DNA of 64,000 nucleotides from Azolla caroliniana (lineage: Eukaryota; Plantae; Polypodiophyta): assembly GCA_043228905.1 (NCBI GenBank), contig JBHGNT010000015.1, positions 14,384,001 through 14,448,000 of the forward strand. Direction: 5' to 3'. Each line of letters starts with the position of its first letter. Position 1 is the stretch's first letter. Of this stretch, positions 23,591-35,439 are shown in pieces. The position numbers and the translations under genes are program-made. Below the pieces are notes generated by a model that saw only the letters and a list, made by a program, of their open reading frames with translations, had not been told where the DNA came from and searched no databases.

Positions 23591-26500
23591 TGTTATACGC
23601 AGTGCTCGGCCGCAACCGAGAAATAGGATTAACTTTCAGAAAACAGGAATTACAAAAATGCACGAAGAACAACAGAGAGAAGAGCACACAGGATGTTTAC
23701 GTGGAAAACCCTAAATGGGAAAAAACCACGGGAGTCCTCTAACTCCAACTATCACTATACACAGAGATGTACAATGGTGAGGCTACAAGGCAACAACCTT
23801 GAGCTCGCTGTCCTCGCCACAGGCGGCGGTATTACACAGAGGCGTCGACCTCTTCCTTCCTCTCTCTCTCTCTCACTCTCGCTCGGCTGCTCTCACTTCG
23901 CTCCCTCTTCGTGGAAAACAGAAAATGAGCAACAACCGCATAAAACTGTTTGCCCTAAGTCATATTTATACACATATGACTTTTGGGCTATTTACAAATA
24001 TAGCCTCAAGGGCTCTTGGCAAACATATTCACAAATATGTCCCCGCATCCGGATCTCTCTCCGGGTACATTCGTCATCCGGCTCCGTAACCGGGGTCTTC
24101 AGCATCCGGCTCCGTAACCGGGGTCTTCATCATCCGGCTCCGTAACCGGGGTCTTCATCATCCGGCTCCGTATCCGGGTACTCTTTATCCGGCTTCATGC
24201 CGGGTACTCTTCATCATCCGGTTCCGTAACCGCAACCGGGCTTGCCGTCATTCATCTCCGGACATCCCATCCGGAGGGACCGAAATCCCAACAAACTCCC
24301 CCTTCACTTCGGCATGGGATGTCTCTCCAATCCGACTCTCTTCCGGCACGCTCCCAGCTTGTCGGGTGTGAGCACTTTGGTCAGCATATCCGACCCGTTC
24401 TCGTCCGTGTGGACCTTCGTCAGCACGAACTCCTTGTCTTCTATCCTTTCCCGGATCCAGTGATATCTTCGCTGGATGTGCTTCGTCCGGGAGTGATAGG
24501 CCGCGTTCTTCGCAAGGTGGATGGCACTCTGACTGTCGCAGTAGAGTCGGTACTCCTCCTGCTGGATACCGAGCTCTCTAATGAAGTCCTTCATCCATAT
24601 TATTTCTTTGCCGGCTTCAACAGCCGCCATGTACTCCGCCTCCGTGGTTGACAACGCAACCGTCTTCTGCAGCCTCGACTGCCACGAAACAGCTCCCCCT
24701 GCATACGTCATCACATACCCTGATGTGGACCGGCTGGTATCTGCATCAGCCGACATATCCGAATCGGTGAAACCGTCGAGTTCGGGTTTACCGGAGCCGA
24801 ATCGGAGGCACACATTCGATGTGCCCTTCAGGTATCGGAGTATCCACTTGACCGCGTTCCAATGCTCTTTGCCGGGATTGCTCATGTACCGGCTCACCAC
24901 TCCGACTGCATATCCGATGTCCGGTCTCGTACATACCATGGCGTACATCAAGCTCCCGACGGCTGAGGCATATGGTACTTTCATCATATCCTCCTTTTCA
25001 GCCTTTGTCTTGGGGCTTTGCTTGCTGGACAGCTTGCAGTTTGCCGGGAGGGTCGATCCGACCGGTCTTGCCTCCGACATGTTGAACCGGTGAAGCACCT
25101 TCGTCACGTACTTCTCCTGTGACAGCCACAACTGCTTCTTCTTCCGGTCCCGGATGATGTGCATCCCTAATATTTGCCTCGCCGGACCCAGGTCCTTCAT
25201 TGAGAAGGTTCGGTGAAGCGCTTTCTTCAGCGTCCGTATCTTGACCTGGTCCCGTCCGACGATCAACATGTCGTCCACGTATAGGAGGAGTATTAGAGAG
25301 TCTCCTCCTTCGAACTTCTTCACAAACACGCAGTGATCGGACTGCGTTTTGTGGTACCCTTCGTCGGTCATGAAGGAGTCGAACTTCCGGTACCATTGCC
25401 GGGGAGCCTGCTTCAATCCGTACAGGCTTTTCTTCAATCGGCATACCAGGTGCTCCTTCCCTTTCTTCTCGAATCCTTCCGGTTGCTGCATGTAGATTTC
25501 TTCTTCGAGGTCACCGTGAAGGAATGCTGTCTTCACGTCCATCTGTTCTACCTCGAGGTCCATGCTTGCCGCTATGCTCAGCACCGTCCGGATGGAGGTC
25601 ATCTTCACTACCGGGGCAAATATCTCGTCGAAGTCGACGCCCTTCTTTTGCTGGAACCCCTTCACCACGATCCTGGCTTTGTATCTCGTGGGGTTTCCGG
25701 CATCTCCCGGTTTCAGCTTGAACACCCACTTGTTTCGAAGTGCCCGCTTTCCTTTCGGCAACTCCACAAGTTCATATGTGTGGTTCTCATGCAGGGAATC
25801 CATCTCGTCCTGCATGGCACTCAACCACCTGCGGCTCTGGGTGTCATGCTTTGCTTCTTCAAAGCTCTCCGGCTCCCCCTCGTCGGTTAGCAGCACGTGC
25901 TCTGGTTCCGGAAATCTCCGGGGGGCTCTCCTCTCTCTTAGAGGATATCTCCGTTCGGGAGCTTCGGTAACCGGTTCTTCCGATTCTTCTTCTTCATCCG
26001 AATCCATTTCGGGATCGGGGCCGGTTCCGGTATCATTTTCATCTTCTTCGGCCGGTTCTGTTTCTTCACCGTCTTCGGCCGGATCCTCGAGTGTTAACCG
26101 GTCCCTTGCCGGTCGGGACTGCTCCTCGTAGAGTTGATCCTCACCGGTCGACTTGGAGCTCCTTACCTTCTTGTCCGACTCCCAGTCGGCGAGTGTCTTG
26201 TCCTCCATGAAGATGATGTCTCGACTCCTGAATATCTTCTTGTCGACCGGGTCCCATACTCGGTAGCCGAACTCGTCGTCGCCGTAACCGAGGAATATGC
26301 ATGGCCGGGTCTTAGGATCTAGCTTTCCTCTCCGGTCCTTTGCCACATGCACGTATGCGAGACACCCGAACACCTTCAGATGCCGGTAGGACACTTCCTT
26401 ACCGGTCCACACTCTCTGCGGCGTGTCTCCGTCCAAAGGAACTGAGGGTGATCTGTTTATCACATATGTCGCCGTCGACATTGCCTCAGCCCAAAACCCC

Positions 26501-29142
26501 TTGGGTAATTTCGCATGCGCCAGCATACTCCGGACCCGCTCCATTATGGTCCGGTTCATCCTCTCGGCCAGCCCGTTCAGTTCCGGCGTCTTCGGCACAG
26601 TAAACTCGAGCCGGATTCCCTTCGAGCGACAGTACTCCTGGAACTGCCCCCGGTATTCCCCTCCGTTATCCGCTCGTATCGCTTTCAGCTTCTTGCCGGA
26701 TTCCCTTTCCACTCTCGCGTGGAGTTCTTTGAAGACGCACAACACTTGGTCCTTTGTCTTCAACGGTGCCGTCCACAGCTTCCGGCTGTGATCATCAATG
26801 AATGTTACGAAGTACTGGGCTCCGCCATGTGACTTCGTTTCTACCTGACACACATCGGTGTGCACCAACTCCAATGGTGCGCTACGTCTCGTCGGTGGCC
26901 TTGAGTGGAAGGAGGTCCGGTTTTGCTTACCGGCCAGGCAGTCGGTGCACTTCTCCAGGTGCACATGCTTCACTGGAATGAGGTTGTCTTCTGCAAGCCT
27001 CTTCATCCCCTTCTCACTCATGTGGCACAGTCTTTTGTGCCACAGCTCACCGGCAGTGTCGGCTGCCACATTCAGCTCTTCCAGACATAGCCGGGAATTC
27101 ATCAGGTACAGTGTGTTGACCTTCCGGGCCCGAGCCACTATCAGGCTCCCCTTGCTGAACTTCATGACACCGTTCCGGATGCTACCCGTGTAGCCTTCAT
27201 CATCTAGCCTCCCGGCCGAGATCAGGTTCAATCGGACCTCCGGAACGTGTCGCACATCCTTCAGCAGCATCTTGCATCCGGTTGATGTCATCAGCCACAC
27301 GTCTCCTATGCCGGCTATCCGGCACGTACCTTCATTTCCCATCCGGACACAGCCATGCTCACCGGCTGTGTAGGATGAGAAGTATCTTCTCTCCGGGGTC
27401 AGGTGGAACGATGCTCCGGAATCGACCACCCAGGTCGTCTCATCGCCGGCAACGTTTAGCTCACCTTCTTCGGTGATGAGCATGATTTCTTCCTCACTTG
27501 CCGCGAGTGCCGTTGTTCCTTTCCGGTCCTGCCCTCGCCGATCCGAACCTCTCCGGTCCGTGGCTCCCCGGTATGCACCGTTTCTCTCCGGTGACTTCTT
27601 CGAGTCGGTGTCGTCGGCTCCGTTGTCTTTTCGGTAATGCCGACAATTCTTTCGGAAGTGCCCCGGCTTCCCACAGTGGAAGCATGTTGGCCTTCCTCTT
27701 GACTGCGACCGGGTCCCCGACTTCTCCCGTCTTTGCGGACTCCGGTTCCACTGTCTTCCCCGTTCCGATTCGGTAAGCAGCGCCTTCGAGTCGGAGACCG
27801 GTTCTTTATCTCTCCGACGCGCTTCTTCGTTCAAAATACTTGTCTTTACCGTTTGTAGAGACAAGTTATCTTCGGTGCAGGAGGTGCTGAGAGTCACCAC
27901 CAAGTTCTCCCAGCTGTCCGGCAATGTACACATCAGGATGATGGCTTGCATTGCATCCTCCAACGGGAACTTGATCGCCGCAAGCTGGTTCACGAATCCC
28001 ATGAACGTGCTTACGTGTTCCACCATACTCTCGCCGTCCCGGTACTTGAGGTTCACTATCTTCCTCATCAGGGAGGTCCGGTTCAACGCATTCTTCCTCT
28101 CATAGAGGCCCGACAGCTTCTTCCACATCTCATAGGCGTTCGTATCGTTCGCCACATGTTGCAGGACACTTACATCGACATATTGCCGGATCGTCGCTAC
28201 GGCTTTCCGGTTCAGGAGCTTCCACTCCGACTCAAGTACCCCTTTCGGTATTTCCGACCTGTCAATCGGTTCGTACAGGTCCCGAACAATCAGAAGATCC
28301 TCCATCTTGATCTTCCAGTCGGCGTAATTCTGTGCATTCAGCACCATCATCATCGGCTGCCCGCTGCCGCCGCCTTCCATTTTCTGTGTTACCGTCGCTC
28401 TGATACCAATTTGTTATACGCAGTGCTCGGCCACAACCGAGAAATAGGATTAACTTTCAGAAAACAGGAATTACAAAAATGCACGAAGAACAACAGAGAG
28501 AAGAGCACACAGGATGTTTACGTGGAAAACCCTAAATGGGAAAAAACCACGGGAGTCCTCTAACTCCAACTATCACTATACACAGAGATGTACAATGGTG
28601 AGGCTACAAGGCAACAACCTTGAGCTCGCTGTCCTCGCCACAGGCGGCGGTATTACACAGAGGCGTCGACCTCTTCCTTCCTCTCTCTCTCTCTCACTCT
28701 CGCTCGGCTGCTCTCACTTCGCTCCCTCTTCGTGGAAAACAGAAAATGAGCAACAACCGCATAAAACTGTTTGCCCTAAGTCATATTTATACACATATGA
28801 CTTTTGGGCTATTTACAAATATAGCCTCAAGGGCTCTTGGCAAACATATTCACAAATATGTCCCCGCATCCGGATCTCTCTCCGGGTACATTCGTCATCC
28901 GGCTCCGTAACCGGGGTCTTCAGCATCCGGCTCCGTAACCGGGGTCTTCATCATCCGGCTCCGTAACCGGGGTCTTCATCATCCGGCTCCGTAACCGGGG
29001 TCTTCATCATCCGGCTCCGTATCCGGGTACTCTTTATCCGGCTTCATGCCGGGTACTCTTCATCATCCGGTTCCGTAACCGCAACCGGGCTTGCCGTCAT
29101 TCATCTCCGGACATCCCATCCGGAGGGACCGAAATCCCAACA
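23591..29142 (-). mobile_element. Intact, young Ty1/copia LTR retrotransposon C2
   Basis: LTRs 28412-29142 (5') and 23591-24293 (3') are nearly identical; the 5' LTR has one extra 28-bp unit. Perfect TSD GAAGC (23586-23590, 29143-29147). tRNA-iMet PBS 28397-28408. PPT adjacent to 24293. Single uninterrupted ORF. Confidence 0.97.
24304..28380 (-). CDS. Copia gag-pol polyprotein (Gag, zinc knuckle, protease, GAG-pre-integrase, integrase, RT, RNase H), 1358 aa
   Basis: CFHCGKPGHFRKNC; WVVDSGASFH; LWHKRLCHMS...CTDC; VHTD...ADNGGEY...NGLAERMNRT; MDVKTAFLHG; SLYGLKQAPRQW; LLYVDDML; FTDSD...STTEAEY...CDSQSAI. Confidence 0.97.
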   Translation of the reverse strand: MEGGGSGQPMMMVLNAQNYADWKIKMEDLLIVRDLYEPIDRSEIPKGVLESEWKLLNRKAVATIRQYVDVSVLQHVANDTNAYEMWKKLSGLYERKNALNRTSLMRKIVNLKYRDGESMVEHVSTFMGFVNQLAAIKFPLEDAMQAIILMCTLPDSWENLVVTLSTSCTEDNLSLQTVKTSILNEEARRRDKEPVSDSKALLTESERGRQWNRSPQRREKSGTRSQSRGRPTCFHCGKPGHFRKNCRHYRKDNGADDTDSKKSPERNGAYRGATDRRGSDRRGQDRKGTTALAASEEEIMLITEEGELNVAGDETTWVVDSGASFHLTPERRYFSSYTAGEHGCVRMGNEGTCRIAGIGDVWLMTSTGCKMLLKDVRHVPEVRLNLISAGRLDDEGYTGSIRNGVMKFSKGSLIVARARKVNTLYLMNSRLCLEELNVAADTAGELWHKRLCHMSEKGMKRLAEDNLIPVKHVHLEKCTDCLAGKQNRTSFHSRPPTRRSAPLELVHTDVCQVETKSHGGAQYFVTFIDDHSRKLWTAPLKTKDQVLCVFKELHARVERESGKKLKAIRADNGGEYRGQFQEYCRSKGIRLEFTVPKTPELNGLAERMNRTIMERVRSMLAHAKLPKGFWAEAMSTATYVINRSPSVPLDGDTPQRVWTGKEVSYRHLKVFGCLAYVHVAKDRRGKLDPKTRPCIFLGYGDDEFGYRVWDPVDKKIFRSRDIIFMEDKTLADWESDKKVRSSKSTGEDQLYEEQSRPARDRLTLEDPAEDGEETEPAEEDENDTGTGPDPEMDSDEEEESEEPVTEAPERRYPLRERRAPRRFPEPEHVLLTDEGEPESFEEAKHDTQSRRWLSAMQDEMDSLHENHTYELVELPKGKRALRNKWVFKLKPGDAGNPTRYKARIVVKGFQQKKGVDFDEIFAPVVKMTSIRTVLSIAASMDLEVEQMDVKTAFLHGDLEEEIYMQQPEGFEKKGKEHLVCRLKKSLYGLKQAPRQWYRKFDSFMTDEGYHKTQSDHCVFVKKFEGGDSLILLLYVDDMLIVGRDQVKIRTLKKALHRTFSMKDLGPARQILGMHIIRDRKKKQLWLSQEKYVTKVLHRFNMSEARPVGSTLPANCKLSSKQSPKTKAEKEDMMKVPYASAVGSLMYAMVCTRPDIGYAVGVVSRYMSNPGKEHWNAVKWILRYLKGTSNVCLRFGSGKPELDGFTDSDMSADADTSRSTSGYVMTYAGGAVSWQSRLQKTVALSTTEAEYMAAVEAGKEIIWMKDFIRELGIQQEEYRLYCDSQSAIHLAKNAAYHSRTKHIQRRYHWIRERIEDKEFVLTKVHTDENGSDMLTKVLTPDKLGACRKRVGLERHPMPK

Positions 29143-30075
29143 GAAGCCACGTGCAAGAACTACGAAGTTCTAGTGGAAGATAAGCGGGTCAAAAAAGCCG
29201 GAGGGGCCGGGGCGGTTCGGAAAAAAAAGACAGAGGCCCTACCGGCTCACAAGAAAAGGCGAAGTTCCCGCTCAGAGATAGAGAGAGCAACGGACCTACA
29301 AAAGGTCTTGGAGGAATGGATTCTCGATAGCCGGGTGGAACTCATTCTGAGGGAGGTGCTAGGGATAGCAAAGAAAGAGTTCCACGATTCCATCGTTGAG
29401 CTCGTGAGGAGGAAGCGACTCTCATCGGAGCCGGAGAACGAGAGGTCGGTCCAAGTGAAGGTTGCGCACATCGACGAAGTGGCCATAGAGGAAGAATTTT
29501 TGGACAACGACTACATGAAGCCACACTAGGCAAGGGCGAAAACGGAGACCCCAGTCCGGAACGGGGATGTGAAAGAACCGGTGGTGGCTTTGATCGACCA
29601 TGGATTAGAGATAAATCTAATGTCGATGGAGTTCTATAAGAAGGGAAAGTGGCTGATCAACACGAAGCACTGCTGGAAGATACGCACGGTGACCCATCCC
29701 ACATAAGAGCTTCATGCGGCATGCCCAAACGTCTGGGTGAAAGTCGGTGACGTCAAGACCGGCCAACATTTCTTCATGCAGGAGTTGTCATCGCATCTTG
29801 TCATACTCGGCGAGCCCTACATCACGGCGGCCCAGATGGAAACAAAGGTGTTGGACAACGGTTCAGCCTATGTGCGGGTAAAAAGCCAGGACAGTCGGCA
29901 CTTCGTCCAATTCTTAACAGTTCGGCCGAACCATGAGTAGAACCGGAACTCCCTCGGCACAGAGTGCCAAGAGGATTTTTAGAGAGGGCTAGCAAGCCGT
30001 GGTGTTGCGATAGTCCAGACATCTGGAAAAATCCCCACACCTATACAATAGGTAGGAAATTTTGACCGTCTGTTA

Positions 30076-33000
30076 TGTTAGGAAACAGGTCCCTCTTGAT
30101 GGGAAGTTAGAAGAACCGGATGTGGAGTACCCGGCAACGGAAGACCTGGTGAGAACCGGATGTGGAGTACCCGGCAACGGAAGACCCGGTGAGAACCGGA
30201 TGTTGCAGGCCCGGTGAGAACCTCTCATCGGATGGAAGGGGCATATGTGTAAATATGTTCCAGAGAGCCCACTGGGGCTATATTTGTAAATAGCCCAAAA
30301 GTCATATTAGTATAAATATGACCTAGGGCAAACTTAATAGTGATGATGATAGAGTTATTTGGTGTAACCTCTGTACAGTGCGTAAGTGAGAGAGAGAGAG
30401 AGAGAGCGATATACAGAGATTGTGTCTCTGTTGTAACCGCTGCTAGGCGAAGATTGTGAGCAAGAGGTCGTTGCCTCTATGCTCCCTGTTGTATTACTAA
30501 CTGAGTGATAGTTTGGAGTCTGTGGACTCCAGTGGTTTTTACCTCTCAGGGTTTTCCATGTTAATATCTTGTGTATTCTCTTTTCTCTGTTCGTGCACTT
30601 ACCTCCATTCCCATTTCTTCTATGTTCGATTGTTATCAAGTGATTTACCCTTCGGTTGTCACCGGAGATTATTCCGCATATTCCACGTCAAACTGGTATC
30701 AGAGCGAAACAACACAAAAAAAATATGGACGATTCGTTGGGAGGCATGTTCAAGCTCACCGGCTCCAATTACTCAGTGTGGAAGTCGAAGATGAGGGACA
30801 TGCTCGTGGTTAAAGATCTTTGGTTGCCGGTTCAATTCGGGCACAAGAGACCGGACAAAATCGATGCCACGATATGGGAGGTGATGCACATGAAGACAAC
30901 GACGTACATACAGTGCTTCATCGACATGAGTCTATACAACAATTTCAATGAAGACAGCAAGGTTCATGAGCTCTGGGAGAAGATTGGCATTATGTTTCAA
31001 AACAAAAATGTTGTAAATCAGGTTTCGATATTTCGGAAGCTAGTAAGACTCCGGTACCAAGATGGCTCCAGCATGGTGGACCACATGAATGCCTTCCAGG
31101 GGCTGATCCACCAGGCAACATCATTGGAAGTACCTCTCACCGATGAGGTACTAGCACTACTCCTGCTCGGTTCCCTTCCAGATAGTTGGGAGACGTTGGT
31201 TGTCACTTTGGGCAACGCCGGGCCGGAATGAAAACGGTTATCCCTTGCAAGAGTGAAGTCGAGCTTGCTAGATGAGGAGGCGCGTCGAAAAGACAAGTAT
31301 ACGAACTCCAACTCCAAAGTGCTCATTACTGAATCCGAACGCGGAAGACAAAGGAACCGTAGTCCCCAGAACCGTGAAAAGTCGGGGACACGGTCAAAGT
31401 CAAGGGGAAAGCCTACCTGCTTCTATTGCGGTAAGCTGGGACACTTCCAGAAGAACTGTTGACACTTCCGAAAAAACAAGGAAACCGATGGTACCAATTC
31501 GAAGCGGACATCGGACCAGAACGGTAAATACAGGAGGGGGACGGACCAGAAGGGAACGACGGCAATCGCGGCAAGTGAAGAAGAGTTGATGCTCATCACC
31601 GAGGAGAGTGAGTTGAACCTTGCCGGCGACGAGACAACATGGGTTGTTGATTCCGGAGCGTCGTTCCACCTTACCCCGAACCGTAAATACTTCTCATCCT
31701 ACATAGCCGGTGATCATGGTTGTGTCCGGATGGGGAATGAAGGTACATGCCGAATTGTCGGCATAGGAGACGTGTGGTTGACAACACCAACCGGATGCAA
31801 GCTGGTGCTGAAGGATGTCCGACACGTTCTGGAGGTTCGACTGAACCTGATATCAGCCGGTCGGCTAGATGATGAAGGCTACACAGGTAGCAACCGGAAC
31901 GGATTCATGAAATTTAGCAAAGGGAGCCTGATAGTGGCTCGGGCCCGGAAGGTTAACACGTTGTACCTGATGAATGCTCGATTATGCCCGAAAGAAGTGA
32001 ACGTGGCTTCCAACACTGCCGGTGAGTTGTGGCACAAGAGACTGTGTCACATGAGCGTGAAGGGGATGAAGAGGCTTGCCGATGACAACCTCATTCCGGT
32101 GAAGAACGTGCATCTTGAGAGGTGCACTGACTGCCTAGCCGGTAAGCAGAACCAGACCTCCTTCCAATCAAGGCCACCAATGAGACATAATGCACCATTG
32201 GAGTTGGTGCATACCGATGTCTGTCAAGTGGACACGAAGTCCCATGCCGGAGCACAGTACTTCGTGACGTTCATAGATGACCACAGCAGGAGGTTGTGGG
32301 CCACACCGTTGAAGATGAAGGATCAGGTGCTATCCGTCTTCAAAGAGCTCCACGCGATAGTGGAAAGAGAAACCAGCCGGACGCTGAAGCCAGTTCGAGC
32401 AGATAACGGAGGAGAATACTGGGGGCAGTTTGAGGAGTACTATCGCTCGAAGGGAATCCGGCTCGAATTTACCGTGCCGAAGACGTCGGAACTAAACGGG
32501 TTGGCCGAGAGGATGAACCGGACCATAATGGAGAGGGTCCGGAGTATGCTGGCGCATGCAAAATTACCCAAGACGTTTTGGGCTGAGGCATTGTCGACGG
32601 CGACATATGTGATAAATAGATCACCATCAGTACCCTTGAACGGAGACATGTCGTAGAGAGTCTGGACCGGTAAGGAAGTGTCCTACCGGCATCTGAAGGT
32701 ATTCGGGTGTCTCGCGTACGTGCATGTTGCTAAGGACCGGAGAGGAAAGTTGGATCCAAAGACCCAGCCATGCATATTCCTCGGATACGGCGATGATGAG
32801 TTCGGCTACCAAGTGTGGGATTCGGTTGACAAGAAGGTTTTCCGGAGCCAAGAAATTATCTTCATGGAGGACAAGACTCTTGCCGACTAGGAGTCGGAGA
32901 AGAAGATAATGAACTCCGATGAGATCCGGACCCACCCAGCTAAGAGCCGGTTGACACTCGAGGAACCAGCCGATTACGGTGTGGATACCGAACCGGCAGA

Positions 33001-35375
33001 AGAAGAAGTAGAGGAAGCTTAAACCGGAACCGGCCAAAACCCCGAATCGGATTCGGATGAAGAGCAAATAGAGGAGTCGGTTACCGAAGCCCAAGGATGC
33101 AGATATCCTATCCTCTCAGAGAGAGAAGGGCCCCCCGAAGATTTCCGGATCCAGAGCACGTGCTACTAACCGATGAGGGGGAGCCAGAAAGCTTCGAGGA
33201 AGCTAAAAGTGACGCCCATAGCCGCAAATGGTTAAGTGCCATGCAGGATGAGATGGATTCTCTACATGACAACCATACATACAAATTGGTGGAGTTGCCG
33301 AAAGGAAAGTGGGCACTCCGAAACAAGTAGGTGTACAACTTGAAATCGGGAGATGTCGGCACCCCCCCGAGATACAAAGCCAGGATCGTGGTGAAGGGGT
33401 TCCAACAGAAGAAGGGCGTGGACTTCGACGAGATATTTGCCCCGGTAGTAAAGATGACTTCCATCCGGACGGTGCTGAGCATAGCGGCAAGCATGGAGAC
33501 CTCGACGTAGAGCAGTTAGACGTGAAGACAACGTTCCTCCACAGTAATCTCGAAGAGGAGATCTACATGCAGCAACCAAAGGGATTTGTGAAGAAAGGGA
33601 AGGAGCACCTGGCTTGCCGGTTAAAAACGAGCCTCTACGGGTTGAAGCAGGCTCCCCGGCAATGGTACCGGAAGTTCGACTCCTTCATGACCGACCAAGG
33701 GTATCACAAAACGCAAACCGATCACTGCGTGTTTGTGAAGAAGTTCGAAGGAGGCGACTTCCTGATTCTCCTTCTGTACGTGGACGACATGTTGATCATC
33801 GGACGGGACCAAGCCAAAATACGGATGCTGAAGAAGGCTCTCAACCGAACTTTCGAAATGAAAGACTTGGGGCCGGCAAGACAGATACTAGGGATGCACA
33901 TCATCCGAGACCGGTCAAAGAAGCAATTGTGGCTGTCACAGGAGAAATAGGTGACAAAGGTGCTTCAACGGTTCAACATGTTAGAAGTGAAACCGGTCGG
34001 ATCGACACTCCCGGCAAACTGCAGATTATCCAATAAGCAAAGCCCAAAGACGAAAGCTGAGAAGGCGGAGATGATGAAGGTTCCATACGCCTCTACCGTC
34101 GGGAGCTTGATGTACGCAATGGTGTGTACTCGGCCAAATATTGGATACGCAGTCGGAGTGGTGAGCTGGTTTATGAGCAATCCCGGCAAGGAGCACTGGA
34201 ACGCGGTCAAATGGATACTCCGGTACTTGAAGGGCACTTCGAATATGTGTCTCCGATTCGGCTCCGGAAAACCTCAACTTGACGGTTTTACCGATTCGGA
34301 TATGTCGGCTGATGTGGATACCAGCCGGTCTACATCCGGGTATGTAATGACATATGCAGGGGGAGCTGTTTCATGGCAGTCGAGGCCGCAGAAGACGGTT
34401 GCGTTGTCAACCACGGAGGCGGAGTACATGGCGGCTGTAGAAGCCGGCAAGGAAATATTATGGATGAAGGACTTCATCGGAGAGCTCGGTATCCGGCAAG
34501 ATGAATATCGGCTCTATTGCGACAATCAAAGTGCCATCCATTTTGCTAAGAACTCAGCATACCATTCCAAGACGAAGCACATCCAGCGTAGGTATCACTG
34601 GATCCGAGAGCGAGTAGAAGATCGAGAGTTCACGCTGACGAAGATCCACACGGCTGAGAACGGGTCAGATATGTTGACCAAAGTATTGATACCTGACAAG
34701 TTGGATGCATGTCGGAAGCGGATCGGACTAGTAAGAATTCCCATGCCGGAGTGAAGGGGGAGTTTGTTAGGAAACAGGTCCCTCCGGATGGGAAGTTAGA
34801 AGAACCGGATGTGGAGTACCCGGCAACGGAAGACCCAGTGAGAACCGGATGTGGAGTACCCGGCAAGGAAGACCCAGTGAGAACCAGATGTTGCAAGCCC
34901 GGTGAGAACCTCTCATCGGATGGAAGGGACATATGTGTAAATATGTTCCAGAGAGCCCACTGGGGCTATATTTGTAAATAGCCCGAAAGTCATATTAGTA
35001 TAAATATGACCTAGGGCAAACTTAATAGTGATGATGATAGAGTTATTTGGTGTAACCTCTGTACAGTGCGTAAGTGAGAGAGAGAGAGAGCAACATACAG
35101 AGATTGTGTCTCTATTGTAACCGCCGCTAGGCGAAGATTGTGAGCAAGAGGTCGTTGCCTCTATGCTCCCTATTGTATTACTTTACTGAGTGATAGTTTG
35201 GAGTCTGTGGACTCCTGTGGTTTTTACCTCTCAGGGTTTTCCATGTTAATATCCTGTGTAATCTCTTTTTTCTATTCGTGCACTTACCTCCATTCCCATT
35301 TCTTCTGTGTTCGATTGTTATCAAGTGATTTACCCTTCGGTTGTCGCCAGAGATTATTCCGCGTATTCCACGTCA
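30076..35375 (+). mobile_element. Ty1/copia LTR retrotransposon C3, full length but mutated
   Basis: LTRs 30076-30690 and 34765-35375 with a 40-bp CCGG-rich array. TSD TGTTA (30071-30075, 35376-35380). PBS 30694-30705. PPT before 34765. Confidence 0.95.
30724..34754 (+). pseudogene. Disrupted gag-pol of C3
   Basis: MDDSLGGMFKL... followed by multiple in-frame stops and frameshifts; colinear with C1 and C2. Confidence 0.9.
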
Positions 35376-35439
35376 TGTTAATGGAGGTTGTACCATAGTC
35401 GGCATCCGTGGCCGAAAAAAGACACAGGTCGAAGGGCAC

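Noticed and set aside
24319-28563. Numerous antisense ORFs over C2 (and over C1/C3)
   Set aside because: Expected shadow ORFs of a GC-rich coding strand; no motifs.
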